This document shows, in pieces, positions 16,980 through 26,117 of a DNA stretch of 35,734 nt. Made by a program: the position numbers and the translations under genes. The first letter of the stretch is position 1. Every line of letters starts with the position of its first letter. The notes under the pieces were generated by a model. The model ran no database searches, had not been told where the DNA came from, and saw only the letters and a list, made by a program, of their open reading frames with translations. The stretch comes from a virus. Taxonomy: Duplodnaviria; Caudoviricetes. The stretch is taken from the IMG/VR virus record IMGVR_UViG_3300012952_000052, positions 1 through 35,734 of that record. One strand, written 5' to 3'.

Positions 16980-17875
16980 ATACCGCATCCCATATGGCAG
17001 GTATCATTCCTGTGGCCAATCTTCAAACAGATTTAGAGGCGCCATTCGACCCCGTGTTAACCCTGGTTGCTCCCGGTTATACGGCTATTCAAAAATCCGT
17101 ATTAGAGTGCGCCATCGCTGGCTGTCGGACTATATGGATCGTCTGTGGAGATGACACCGCTCCTATTATACGCAAGATAGTGGGCGAATGGATCTTCGAC
17201 CCGGTATACCTTTCTCGGCCACATGTGCGCTTTCCTTCCGAGCATCAACGCGAGATTCCTATTTATTATGTCCCTATTCATCCTAAAGATATGGATCGCC
17301 GTGATTCGTATGGCTGGTCTGCGCTTTATGGGATAGCTTCCGCATGGCGCGTGGCATCGAAGATCTCGCGGTGGCTATTGCCAGATAAGTATTTCATTTC
17401 ATTTCCGTTGGGACTACATAATGTTTACGGACTGCGGCCATTACGCCAACAGATCTCTAGCACCGAAGGGAATTTCTTCCTATCTCACAAGGAACAAACT
17501 GTATTGGATAATTTGCCATTAAGCTTTACCATGTCAGGTGATGATTTTTTACAGTGCCGGCGCCAGGTTAATAGTTTAACTACAAAAGAATACTACAATA
17601 CCGACGAGCAATATCCTAGCGAAAAGTTACCGCTAAGCGAAAGATGGTCTGCACGCCACTTCGATTTCGCTACGGTTTTTGGACCGACAGATCGAACCAA
17701 CGCAGTTGACCATGAAGTAGACTGGTATTATGATGCTAGCCAGTGGGAAGAATATCGGAATTATTTGGGCTCAGAAAATTTCATTAAAAAACCAGCAAAG
17801 ATCTTGACACAGCCGCGTAGACATGCTAAATTAACATATACACAGGAGGGAAGTGTTGAAGAAATCGAAGATTAA
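16976..17875 (+). CDS. divergent sugar-phosphate nucleotidyltransferase-like (GT-A fold) protein
   Basis: AGIIPVAN...PFDPVLTLV...AIQKSVLECAIAGCRTIWIV follows the RmlA/GalU N-terminus but has no GGxGTR; WYYDASQWEEY matches the 'w.D.gt.e.y' end motif. Confidence 0.6.
   Translation: MNTASHMAGIIPVANLQTDLEAPFDPVLTLVAPGYTAIQKSVLECAIAGCRTIWIVCGDDTAPIIRKIVGEWIFDPVYLSRPHVRFPSEHQREIPIYYVPIHPKDMDRRDSYGWSALYGIASAWRVASKISRWLLPDKYFISFPLGLHNVYGLRPLRQQISSTEGNFFLSHKEQTVLDNLPLSFTMSGDDFLQCRRQVNSLTTKEYYNTDEQYPSEKLPLSERWSARHFDFATVFGPTDRTNAVDHEVDWYYDASQWEEYRNYLGSENFIKKPAKILTQPRRHAKLTYTQEGSVEEIED
17804..17832 (+). promoter_or_regulatory. sigma70-type promoter TTGACA-17-TAAATT (extended -10) for dnaE
   Basis: -35 at 17804-17809, TG at 17824-17825, -10 at 17827-17832; AGGAGG RBS downstream. 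Confidence 0.65.
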
Positions 17876-20800
17876 ATTTGTGGGACTCCACGCACACTCA
17901 GTCGCGGGGTCTATTTTTGATGCCATTGGTTATCCGCAGGACCATATGGATTTTTGTTATGAGAATGGCGGAGAAGCATTGGCTCTAACCGATCATGGAA
18001 ACATGAACGGGTTAGCCTATCAGGTTTTGCATGCCAAGAAGATGCACGAAAGCGGCCGCGACTTCAAGCCTATCTATGGGTGCGAAGCGTATTTCATTCC
18101 ATCACTAGAAGAATGGCGAGAGGAATATGAGAAGGCGATGGAGGACAAGAAGCGCGCAAGGTCTATTAAGAAAACTGATCAATCCGGCGCCACTGTCGAA
18201 GATGAAGGCAGCAGCAAGAAGGTGCAGGATATCCTCCGCCGGCGAAGACATCTTGTGTTGTTGGCACAGAACCAGACAGGGCTCAACAACCTCTTTAAAT
18301 TGGTATCCGAGTCTTACCAGCCAGAAAACTTTTATCGCTATCCACGCATTGACTACGCGCTCCTAGAGAAGTACAACGAGGGTATCATCGCCGCGTCTGC
18401 GTGTTTGGGTGGAGTATATGCCGGAAACTATTGGGAGAATCGAGAGGAAGGTGATCAAGCTGTACTGGATGCAATGTCAGAGACGACTCAGAAAATGAAG
18501 GACATCTTTGGCGATCGCTGGTACGCCGAGGTGCAGTGGAACAACATTGATGACCAGCACAAGTTGAATCAATTCGTTATCCAAACAGCCCAAGAACATG
18601 ACGTTAAACTTATTACAACGGCCGACAGTCATTATCCAAATCCAGACGCATGGAGAGATCGAGAACTGTATACCCGTTTAGGTTGGCTCGGCAAAGGCGG
18701 CTTGCCAGAATATATGGAGTCAGATCTTCCCGAAGGTGTGGAAGAAGTGGGTTATGAACTCTATCCCAAGAATGGGGATCAGATGTGGGAGAGCTACAAG
18801 AAGTATGCCACAGAAGGAGGCTTTGAATATGATGACAAGCTCATCCTCCAGAGCATTGAGGAAACGCACCATATCGCGTTTGAGCGTATCGAAAAGTTCT
18901 TCCCTGACAATACGGTCCAACTACCAAATTTCGTGGTGCCGGCCGGCTTCACGGCGACTCAGGCACTGGTACAGTTTGCTCTAGAAGGATTGAAAGAGCG
19001 AGGCATGCATGAAGATCCGGAATATGTCCAAAGGCTCAAGCATGAACTAGATGTTATTGATGACCGAGGCTTCTCTAAGTATTTCTTGACGATGAAGTCT
19101 ATCGCCGATGTGGCATCCACAATGATGCTTACTGGTCCTGGCCGCGGCTCGGCTGCTGGGTCGCTCGTAGCCTACGCACTAGGTATTACACAGGTTGATC
19201 CTATCAAGTATGGGCTCCTCTTTTCTCGTTTCTTGCGTTCCGACGCTAAGGATTATCCAGATATCGATTATGATGTGTCAGATAGTATGGCGCTCAAGGA
19301 GAAGCTGGTGGATATGTGGGGTAAAGATTGTGTAGCTCCGATTTCTAACTGGAACACACTCCAGTTGAGATCATTGATTAAGGACATCTCAAAGCTGTAT
19401 GATATACCCTTTACTGAAGCCAATACAGTGACGTCAGTTATGATGCGCGAGGCTACTCCCGAAGCTAAGAGAAAACACGGGATCAAGGCGGGTGTTTATA
19501 CTCCTACCTGGGAAGAAGTCATGGAGTACTCCGCTTCTCTCCAGAAGTATTTGAACAAATATCCGGCCGTCAAGTCACATGTTGAAGGATTGGTGGGGCA
19601 AGTACGTTCATGTTCACGGCATGCTGGTGGCGTCGTTATTGCCGAGAACCTAGACAGCAACATGCCTCTGATTAATTCCGGCGGTGTGCGTCAAGCTCCG
19701 TGGGCTGAAGGGCAGAACGTTAGGCATCTGGAGCCCATGGGTTTCATTAAATTTGATTTGCTCGGACTCTCGACACTCAAAATGATGGAGGGTGCGATCT
19801 ACCACATCTTGCGCCGTCATCATGGGATTCAAGAACCAACCTTTTCGCAGATTAGTGATTACTACACTGAGAACCTGCACCCTGATAAGCTGAATATGTC
19901 CGATCGGTCGGTATATGAGAATATTTTTCATCCAGGCAAGTGGGCTGGAATCTTTCAGTTCACTGAGCACGGGGCTCAGAACTTCTGCACCAAAGTAAAG
20001 CCTAATAGTATCATTGATATTTCGGCTATTACTTCTATCTTTCGACCGGGACCATTATCCGCTGGTGTGGATGCCGATTACGTGGAGGCAAAAGAGCATC
20101 CTCACTATGTTTCCTATTTGTCGGAAGAGGCCCGAGAGATCACCGAAGAAACCTTTGGGTTTCTCATTTTTCAGGAGCAGATTGCGCTCTTAGGGCACAA
20201 GCTCGGAGGATTGACTCTAGACGAAGGCAATCTTCTGCGGAAAGTTCTCACGAAGAAGGGGACAGGAAAGAATAGCGTTAAGGGAAGACTGCACAAGAAG
20301 TTTATCACGGGCTGTGTTGAAAAGGGAATCGCCAGAGACGCCGCTCAGGATCTATGGGATAAGTTTGAGTTCTTCTCTGGCTATGGTTTCAACAAATCAC
20401 ACGCGGTTAGTTATTCTATTATCTCTTTTCAATGTGCATGGCTGTTTAACTACTACCCGGCAGAATGGATGGCGGCGTTCTTGGACAAGGAGCCCGAGAG
20501 ACGCAAGGAAAAGGCAATTAATATCGCCAAGAAGTTTGGATTTAAGATCGCTCCCTTGGATGTGAACAAGTCTGGTGTAGTGTGGGAGATTAGTGAGGAT
20601 GGAAAAACACTCATTCAACCCCTCACTTCTATCAAGGGACTGGGAATGTCGGCCATCGAGCAGATTCTAGAGAATCGCCCGTTCACAAATGCCGAAGACC
20701 TGCTCTTTCGGGAGGAGATCATCTACAGCAAACTCAATAAGAAGGCGCTAGACGCACTCTGTCGCGGGGGCGCTCTCGATGAAATTGTGGATGATCGCTT

Positions 20801-21278
20801 CACGGGTAGAAAACACTTTTGGTCTGCTTGTATCGTGGACCGTCCAAAAAATCCCAAGAGATTTTCTGAGAATTTGGAACTTTACCGACCCGAAGGGGAT
20901 TTTAGTGAGGAAGAGATCATTCAGTTTAAGACCGATTTGACGGGTGTTTTCCCCATTAACCTCGTAATCCGTCCCGATACTGTACAACGTTTGCAAGAAA
21001 AATTTGTCCCACCAATCTCTGAGTTTGATCCCGGGCTGCAGCTTTGCTGGTTCATTCCCCGAAAGATTACACCTAAGAAAACAAAGAACGGCAAGAACTA
21101 TTGGGTGGTTGAGGTTATTGATTCCAACAATGAACTTACTAGAATTCGATGCTGGGGTGTAAAGCCGGAAAAGGATCGGATTCATTTAAATCGCCCCTAC
21201 ATGGCTCGGTTAAAGTATGACGAGAACTGGGGATTTTCCACCTATGCGGTGGGTAAGACATTTAAACTCCTAGGATGA
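17853..21278 (+). CDS. dnaE: DNA polymerase III alpha subunit (family C)
   Basis: PHP domain LHAHS, ALTDHG, TADSHY; GPGRGSAAGSLVAY; catalytic PDIDYD; HAGGVVI; KFDLLGL; YGFNKSHA. No intein-sized insertion. Confidence 0.96.
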   Translation: MLKKSKIKFVGLHAHSVAGSIFDAIGYPQDHMDFCYENGGEALALTDHGNMNGLAYQVLHAKKMHESGRDFKPIYGCEAYFIPSLEEWREEYEKAMEDKKRARSIKKTDQSGATVEDEGSSKKVQDILRRRRHLVLLAQNQTGLNNLFKLVSESYQPENFYRYPRIDYALLEKYNEGIIAASACLGGVYAGNYWENREEGDQAVLDAMSETTQKMKDIFGDRWYAEVQWNNIDDQHKLNQFVIQTAQEHDVKLITTADSHYPNPDAWRDRELYTRLGWLGKGGLPEYMESDLPEGVEEVGYELYPKNGDQMWESYKKYATEGGFEYDDKLILQSIEETHHIAFERIEKFFPDNTVQLPNFVVPAGFTATQALVQFALEGLKERGMHEDPEYVQRLKHELDVIDDRGFSKYFLTMKSIADVASTMMLTGPGRGSAAGSLVAYALGITQVDPIKYGLLFSRFLRSDAKDYPDIDYDVSDSMALKEKLVDMWGKDCVAPISNWNTLQLRSLIKDISKLYDIPFTEANTVTSVMMREATPEAKRKHGIKAGVYTPTWEEVMEYSASLQKYLNKYPAVKSHVEGLVGQVRSCSRHAGGVVIAENLDSNMPLINSGGVRQAPWAEGQNVRHLEPMGFIKFDLLGLSTLKMMEGAIYHILRRHHGIQEPTFSQISDYYTENLHPDKLNMSDRSVYENIFHPGKWAGIFQFTEHGAQNFCTKVKPNSIIDISAITSIFRPGPLSAGVDADYVEAKEHPHYVSYLSEEAREITEETFGFLIFQEQIALLGHKLGGLTLDEGNLLRKVLTKKGTGKNSVKGRLHKKFITGCVEKGIARDAAQDLWDKFEFFSGYGFNKSHAVSYSIISFQCAWLFNYYPAEWMAAFLDKEPERRKEKAINIAKKFGFKIAPLDVNKSGVVWEISEDGKTLIQPLTSIKGLGMSAIEQILENRPFTNAEDLLFREEIIYSKLNKKALDALCRGGALDEIVDDRFTGRKHFWSACIVDRPKNPKRFSENLELYRPEGDFSEEEIIQFKTDLTGVFPINLVIRPDTVQRLQEKFVPPISEFDPGLQLCWFIPRKITPKKTKNGKNYWVVEVIDSNNELTRIRCWGVKPEKDRIHLNRPYMARLKYDENWGFSTYAVGKTFKLLG

Positions 21279-21322
21279 AGAGCATAAGGAACACTAATTA
21301 TGATAAACAGAGGTATAGAGAG

Positions 21323-21928
21323 ATGAATGTTATAAAGAATTTTAGTCCACTCCTTAAGGACAAAGAGTTTATTGATAATTTACCGGTCGTACTGCGCGTG
21401 CGAAAGTTCGATGAGACCGCGGCTAAAGAGTTTGCCGCCGGTGTCTGTAAGGCTCAAAACACAGGACAGCCTATTCTTCCTGTGATAATTGATAGTTACG
21501 GGGGGCAGGTCTATAGTTTAATGTCTATGATTTCGGATATAAAACATAGCCGCATTCCTGTGGCCACTATTGTGCAAGGAAAAGCCATGTCATGCGGTGC
21601 TATTCTATTTAGTTTCGGCGCCGAAGGTAAGCGATATATAGATCCTGATGCCACCTTGATGATACATGACGTGAGTTCAATGAATTGGGGCAAAGTCGAA
21701 GAGATTAAGGCATCGGCCGAAGAAACAGAGCGTCTTAATCGCAAGGTGTATGAAATGATGGCAGAAAACTGCGGACATCACAAGGATTATTTTCTAGATA
21801 TCATTCACGATCGGGGACACGCAGACTGGTTTTTGGAAGCTGACGATTGTCTCAAACACAATTTAGCTAATCACACCCATATCCCCACGTTTAAAATTAC
21901 GGCTTCGGTCAAGTTTGACTTTAAATAG
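21323..21928 (+). CDS. clpP: ClpP-family serine protease (copy 1, Ser-His-Asp)
   Basis: IDSYGGQV, KAMSCG (Ser), LMIHD (His), ADWFL (Asp). Start at ATG 21323 preferred; the track starts at 21275. Confidence 0.88.
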   Translation: MNVIKNFSPLLKDKEFIDNLPVVLRVRKFDETAAKEFAAGVCKAQNTGQPILPVIIDSYGGQVYSLMSMISDIKHSRIPVATIVQGKAMSCGAILFSFGAEGKRYIDPDATLMIHDVSSMNWGKVEEIKASAEETERLNRKVYEMMAENCGHHKDYFLDIIHDRGHADWFLEADDCLKHNLANHTHIPTFKITASVKFDFK

Positions 21929-21939
21929 GAGGATGCGAT

Positions 21940-22641
21940 GTGGGCGCTTATAAACGACTACGATGGAAACAAGCTCTTAACCAGTATCGGTTTATTAAAG
22001 AAGAGCAAGAAATAGTGCAATCGTTAGGGCGTGAAGCTGCTCCCTTGTTTCAGCAGCATTATGAAGGCTTTTTAGTGCGACATGACATTGATTTGGAAAA
22101 GCTTAATCAGCAGAATGCCGATCGTATCCAAGAAGCCTACAATATCACGGAGTCCGAGTGGGGTGACGTGCCAGCCCCCGCCGAAGGGGCGTCTTGCACG
22201 CAAGTAATGGCCGCGACGTCGACTCAAGAAAAAACAGAAGAACAACAACTGAGCGAAGATGAGCACATTATACATCAAATCTTTACTAAACTTTTTAAGA
22301 CGATTGCCGTTAAGGTGCATCCTGATAAGATTAATGTATATGATTATGACTTTCATGAGAGAGAGCAGATGACTAAAGATTTCCGCGATGCCAATACGGC
22401 GCTTAAAGATAGAAATTATTTTGTTCTTTTAGATATGGCCGAGAGACTTAGTATCCCCCTTCCAAAAAACTATGAACAACAGACTCGGTGGATGAAAACT
22501 GAGATTCGAAAAGCACAAGATCAACTAGCGGCACAAAAAAGAACTTACAATTATCTGTTTGCAGCTGCTGAAACGGACGAAGAAAAAGATAACGTCATTC
22601 GTCAATTTGTTCAGCAACTTTTTGGATTAAATTTATCTTAA
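21940..22641 (+). CDS. J-domain (DnaJ-like, HPD) protein
   Basis: KLFKTIAVKVHPDKIN...EQMTKDFRDANTAL fits helix II-HPD-helix III; the J-domain is internal. Confidence 0.75.
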   Translation: MGAYKRLRWKQALNQYRFIKEEQEIVQSLGREAAPLFQQHYEGFLVRHDIDLEKLNQQNADRIQEAYNITESEWGDVPAPAEGASCTQVMAATSTQEKTEEQQLSEDEHIIHQIFTKLFKTIAVKVHPDKINVYDYDFHEREQMTKDFRDANTALKDRNYFVLLDMAERLSIPLPKNYEQQTRWMKTEIRKAQDQLAAQKRTYNYLFAAAETDEEKDNVIRQFVQQLFGLNLS

Positions 22642-22648
22642 AAAAATA

Positions 22649-22677
22649 TTGACAGCGCTGCGTTTGTTTGTTATATT
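22649..22677 (+). promoter_or_regulatory. sigma70 promoter TTGACA-17-TATATT (extended -10, A-rich UP element)
   Basis: -35 at 22649-22654, -10 at 22672-22677, A-tract upstream, AGGAGG RBS downstream. Confidence 0.8.
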
Positions 22678-22703
22678 AGAATAGAACCAACAAGGAGGTA
22701 CAC

Positions 22704-22958
22704 GTGGCTAACACGTATGAACAAAAGAAAAGATATGTGAAGGAATATATTCGTTCACTGAGTGCGATTGAAGAGGCCATGGAGCCTTATAAGGAGCAAA
22801 AGCGCGAATTGCGAAGCGAGTTTCGCGAGAACGGCTGGCTGAACACTGACGAATTAAGAGCCGCAGTTAAAGCCTATCGACTGTTCAAGGGTAAGGTGAA
22901 CATTGATGAAGTTGTAGACAACTATAATTTGATTGCTGATCCGGAGTCTACCCCATGA
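22704..22958 (+). CDS. small dsDNA-binding protein, GapR (DUF2312)/T4 DsbA-like
   Basis: 84 aa; YIRSLSAIEEAMEPYKEQKRELRSEFRENGWLNTDELRAAVKAYR parallels the GapR pattern 'ieRierLeeEk.....di..ya.eak..G.d.k.lr..i..r'. Confidence 0.6.
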   Translation: MANTYEQKKRYVKEYIRSLSAIEEAMEPYKEQKRELRSEFRENGWLNTDELRAAVKAYRLFKGKVNIDEVVDNYNLIADPESTP

Positions 22959-23428
22959 ATGCAGCAACTCAACAAACTATGTTTAGTTCAAAAACTGGCG
23001 AATGGGCAACCCCACAGGAATTTTTTGATAAGCTCAATTGGCGCTTCGGTCCCTTTGACTTAGACCCGTGTGCAAATCCCCATAACACCAAGTGTGCTAA
23101 CTTTTATACCGAAGCTGAAGACGGGCTCACCAAGGATTGGTCTGGACACACTGCCTTTGTGAATCCACCCTATGGTCGCGGCATTGATAGGTGGATCGAG
23201 AAAGCGTATAACACAGCAAAGGACGGCAGATCGAAAGTCGTCATGCTTATCCCGGCACGCACAGATACGAAATATTGGCACAGTTTTGTAATGAAAGCCT
23301 CGGAAGTTTATTTTCTTAAGGGTCGCTTGAAGTTTGGCAACAGCGTCAATAGCGCGCCGTTCCCATCGGCCATTGTTGTGTTCGACAGTAACACCTCTCA
23401 GCAGAGGTTTGGAACGATGAACCGATGA
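22955..23428 (+). CDS. phage N6-adenine DNA methyltransferase (short phage Dam family)
   Basis: EWATPQEFF, FDLDPCA, DGL..DW, catalytic FVNPPYG, LIPARTDTKYW, GRLKF, APFPSAIVVF. Confidence 0.9.
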   Translation: MNAATQQTMFSSKTGEWATPQEFFDKLNWRFGPFDLDPCANPHNTKCANFYTEAEDGLTKDWSGHTAFVNPPYGRGIDRWIEKAYNTAKDGRSKVVMLIPARTDTKYWHSFVMKASEVYFLKGRLKFGNSVNSAPFPSAIVVFDSNTSQQRFGTMNR

Positions 23429-23697
23429 ACCGCAAACAACGCCGCGCAATGCGGAAGGAAATGGGGAAAGAAAACACCGAAAAGCTCTCCCAAAAAATTT
23501 TCCAGTTTGAGCAACTGCCAGAAATGTGCCTAACATGTGAAAAGTCATTTGACAAAACTAATCGAGACATGGTAGAATCATGGACAGTGATTGTAAGAGA
23601 AAAGAACGACTCCACGGTCCGTCTTTATTGCCCAGATTGCTGGGCAAAAGCGCAAGAAATTGTGGACATATACATAAAACAACAGGAGAAAAAATAA
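23425..23697 (+). CDS. small zinc-finger protein
   Basis: N-terminal MNRKQRR, then CLTC ... CPDC. Confidence 0.7.
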   Translation: MNRKQRRAMRKEMGKENTEKLSQKIFQFEQLPEMCLTCEKSFDKTNRDMVESWTVIVREKNDSTVRLYCPDCWAKAQEIVDIYIKQQEKK

Positions 23698-24098
23698 TGC
23701 CCATTCAACGACTCACTTCAAACGCCCTTCAAAAGATTATTGGCGGAAAAGTTCGGGACACAGCTACATGTGTTATTAAATTTTATTCTAACACATGTGA
23801 ATTGTGTCACAATTTTCATAATGAATATGAAGAACTGTCCTTCGATCAAAATTATCAGGATATTCACTTTTTCGCATTTAACTTGGCCGACCATCCTACG
23901 GTTGACTTCGAATTAGGTTTTGAAGGAGTACCGACAGTTGTCCTTGTCGCACTAAACGACAAGGCAAGCCCTCAAATTGAGGTATGTCCGGATCCTCCCG
24001 ACCCTCACCCTTTAACCTTCTTAAGAAAAAAGGACGTCTCTCGGTTTATTGACCAATATCGCGATCGGAAACCGCCAACCGTCGACGGGAGGTTTTAA
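23697..24098 (+). CDS. thioredoxin-fold protein
   Basis: VIKFYSNTCELCH (CxxC), GVPT cis-Pro loop. Start at ATG 23697 overlaps the upstream TAA, with AGGAG RBS. Confidence 0.8.
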   Translation: MPIQRLTSNALQKIIGGKVRDTATCVIKFYSNTCELCHNFHNEYEELSFDQNYQDIHFFAFNLADHPTVDFELGFEGVPTVVLVALNDKASPQIEVCPDPPDPHPLTFLRKKDVSRFIDQYRDRKPPTVDGRF

Positions 24099-24099
24099 G

Positions 24100-24450
24100 A
24101 TGTCAAAGATAGTTTATGATGCCGTGATATCGCAACTGAGGGGTGAGGCACAGGAAGCGTTAGGAATGATTCAACATTTGCTGGAGACTCCATCTATCGG
24201 GCGCGACAGCACTCACACTGCACAGATTAAGGAGTATGCCCACAAGCTGGTCACGGCCGAAGGAGCCCTTCTTACGATGCAGCAATACTTTAATCAGCAG
24301 TTTTACCCGCCTGTGGAGGCGCCTCCGGGCCCGCCGACGGTTGTTACGCCCGAGATGTCTCCTACTATGCGCGAGGCTTTGGAATCTGAAAAGATTAAGG
24401 CGGAAGCAAAAAAGCGGAGAAAGAATCCAAAAAAGAAGGATGACTCATGA
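24100..24450 (+). CDS. hypothetical protein
   Basis: ATG 24100 follows a GGAGG RBS; Pro-rich linker and basic C-terminus. Confidence 0.7.
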   Translation: MSKIVYDAVISQLRGEAQEALGMIQHLLETPSIGRDSTHTAQIKEYAHKLVTAEGALLTMQQYFNQQFYPPVEAPPGPPTVVTPEMSPTMREALESEKIKAEAKKRRKNPKKKDDS

Positions 24451-25463
24451 ACCACATGATAGCTTACGATGACGTGCTGTTGGTGCCTCAATATTCAGAC
24501 ATTCGTTCGCGTTCGGAAATCGATATTGCGTCGAATCTGGGAAAAGGGGTCGACCTGTGCCTGCCTATTTTGGCTTCCCCCATGGATACTGTATCCGAAA
24601 GTGCAATGGCGAACGCTATGTCGATCAGCGGCGGCGCAGCTATTATTCATCGTTATAATACGATTGCTGAACAAGTGAAGCATGTTGGCAAGGTAGAGGC
24701 GCCAGCTGTTGTTGGAGTCGCCATTGGCATAACGGGAGATTATATGGAACGCGCCGCGGCATGCTTGGAAGCCGGCGCAACTTTTCTCTGCGTTGATGTG
24801 GCTCATGGTCATCACATCATGATGCGCGAAGCATTAAGACAGCTGCGTAAGAGTTTTGGACAACGGGTTCACTTGATGGCTGGAAACGTGGCCACTCTAG
24901 AGGGCATTAATGATCTTGCCGACTGGGGCGCCGATAGCGTACGGTGCAATATTGGAGGAGGATCTATTTGCTCAACCCGTATTCAGACCGGACATGGCTT
25001 GCCTGGACTCCAAACGATTATTGAATGCGCCAAGACCGACAGAGACGTAAAAATTATCGCAGATGGAGGAATCAAAAACTCCGGCGATATGGTCAAGGCG
25101 CTTGCAGCCGGCGCCGATGCGGTCATGGTAGGTTCGTTGCTTGCCGGCAGCACTGAGACTCCGGGGGAAGTATTTTATGATCGAGACGGTCACCGTTGGA
25201 AGACATATAGAGGTATGGCTTCGAAGGAAGCACAAATCGACTGGCGTGGAAAATATTCCTCCTTTGAAGGAGTAGCCAGCAGAGTAACCCATCAAGGGCC
25301 GGTGGGAAAAATCTTAGATGACCTAGAAAAAGGAATTCGTTCGGGCTTTTCTTACAGCGGCGCTAGAACTTTAACCGAACTGCAGGCGAAAGCTGTATTT
25401 GTAGAGCAGACAACCTCGGGACTCTCGGAGAGCGGCGCACATATTCGGAGTCGTGAGAGATAA
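24447..25463 (+). CDS. IMP dehydrogenase / GMP reductase family protein lacking CBS domains
   Basis: YDDVLLVP, ASPMDTV, DVAHGH, AGNVAT, catalytic GGGSICSTR, IIADGGI, VMVGSLLAG, YRGMAS, EGV. Confidence 0.9.
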   Translation: MNHMIAYDDVLLVPQYSDIRSRSEIDIASNLGKGVDLCLPILASPMDTVSESAMANAMSISGGAAIIHRYNTIAEQVKHVGKVEAPAVVGVAIGITGDYMERAAACLEAGATFLCVDVAHGHHIMMREALRQLRKSFGQRVHLMAGNVATLEGINDLADWGADSVRCNIGGGSICSTRIQTGHGLPGLQTIIECAKTDRDVKIIADGGIKNSGDMVKALAAGADAVMVGSLLAGSTETPGEVFYDRDGHRWKTYRGMASKEAQIDWRGKYSSFEGVASRVTHQGPVGKILDDLEKGIRSGFSYSGARTLTELQAKAVFVEQTTSGLSESGAHIRSRER

Positions 25464-25783
25464 TGGAAATAGACTATGGTAAGCTGACCAAACGAGTAGT
25501 CTTCACGGAGAATGACCATCGCCATGCCAAGTTCTTAATTAAGCTTAAGCAAGACGGACTCACCCAGGCGGCATTTTTTCGGCAGATTCTAAGTGGATAC
25601 GTGGAGGGTGATGAGCGTATCCAATCGTTCGTTGATCAACACAAACCGCAGTCTAAAAAGCACAAAAAGAAAGTTCGGCAGCGCAGAGAAGCGGGACAGG
25701 CAGCGATACTTGATCATGGATTCTCCGAAGAGCAGATAGAAGATTTATATGACCTAATAGCAGAGGAGCACCCAGAATTATGA
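25463..25783 (+). CDS. probable ribbon-helix-helix DNA-binding protein
   Basis: KRVVFT beta-strand, helix, GLTQAAFFRQIL second helix; basic tail. Confidence 0.5.
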   Translation: MEIDYGKLTKRVVFTENDHRHAKFLIKLKQDGLTQAAFFRQILSGYVEGDERIQSFVDQHKPQSKKHKKKVRQRREAGQAAILDHGFSEEQIEDLYDLIAEEHPEL

Positions 25784-26049
25784 AACCACCCCATCCGGGA
25801 CTACTGGCCTGTAGTCAAATTTGTTTAGATAAACAGGTTGAGTGTCCAAATAAAGACTGTAAATATTGGATAGACTATAAAAAAGAGCAAAATTGCACAC
25901 TAGTATCTATTTATGTTAACGGACCGATGACACTACGACAAGTGGGAGAACGCTTACATATTTCATTCGCCCGTGTTAAACAAATTGAATCGAAAGCTTT
26001 GAAGAAACTCAAATCTCTCATCGGCGGTGATACAAATTTGTTTTTTTAG
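25780..26049 (+). CDS. stand-alone sigma70 region-4 HTH protein with a Cys-rich N-terminus
   Basis: GPMTLRQVGERLHISFARVKQIESKALKKLK matches sigma70 r4.2 (TLEEVG..F.VTRERIRQIEAKALRKLR); five Cys upstream. Confidence 0.8.
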   Translation: MKPPHPGLLACSQICLDKQVECPNKDCKYWIDYKKEQNCTLVSIYVNGPMTLRQVGERLHISFARVKQIESKALKKLKSLIGGDTNLFF

Positions 26050-26068
26050 GTCTTTAGTGGAACAAACC

Positions 26069-26077
26069 ACTATTTAT
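26069..26077 (+). promoter_or_regulatory. candidate late-promoter motif ACTATTTAT
   Basis: Intergenic, about 40 nt before ATG 26118; the same 9-mer lies at 33401 before another putative virion gene; no -35 box seen. Confidence 0.45.
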
Positions 26078-26117
26078 TTTTGAGTTAACGTAACTGTACT
26101 TTTAAGGAGAAAAACTA

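Noticed and set aside
23580-23696. Longer start for the thioredoxin-like ORF
   Set aside because: It overlaps the zinc-finger gene; ATG 23697 has an RBS and TAATG coupling.
3029-25463. Modified-base genome (2-aminoadenine or 7-deazaguanine) suggested by PolA, IMPDH/GMPR and the nucleotidyltransferase-like gene
   Set aside because: No purZ, datZ, dpdA, folE or queC/D/E-like genes were recognised in the window, so it cannot be supported here.
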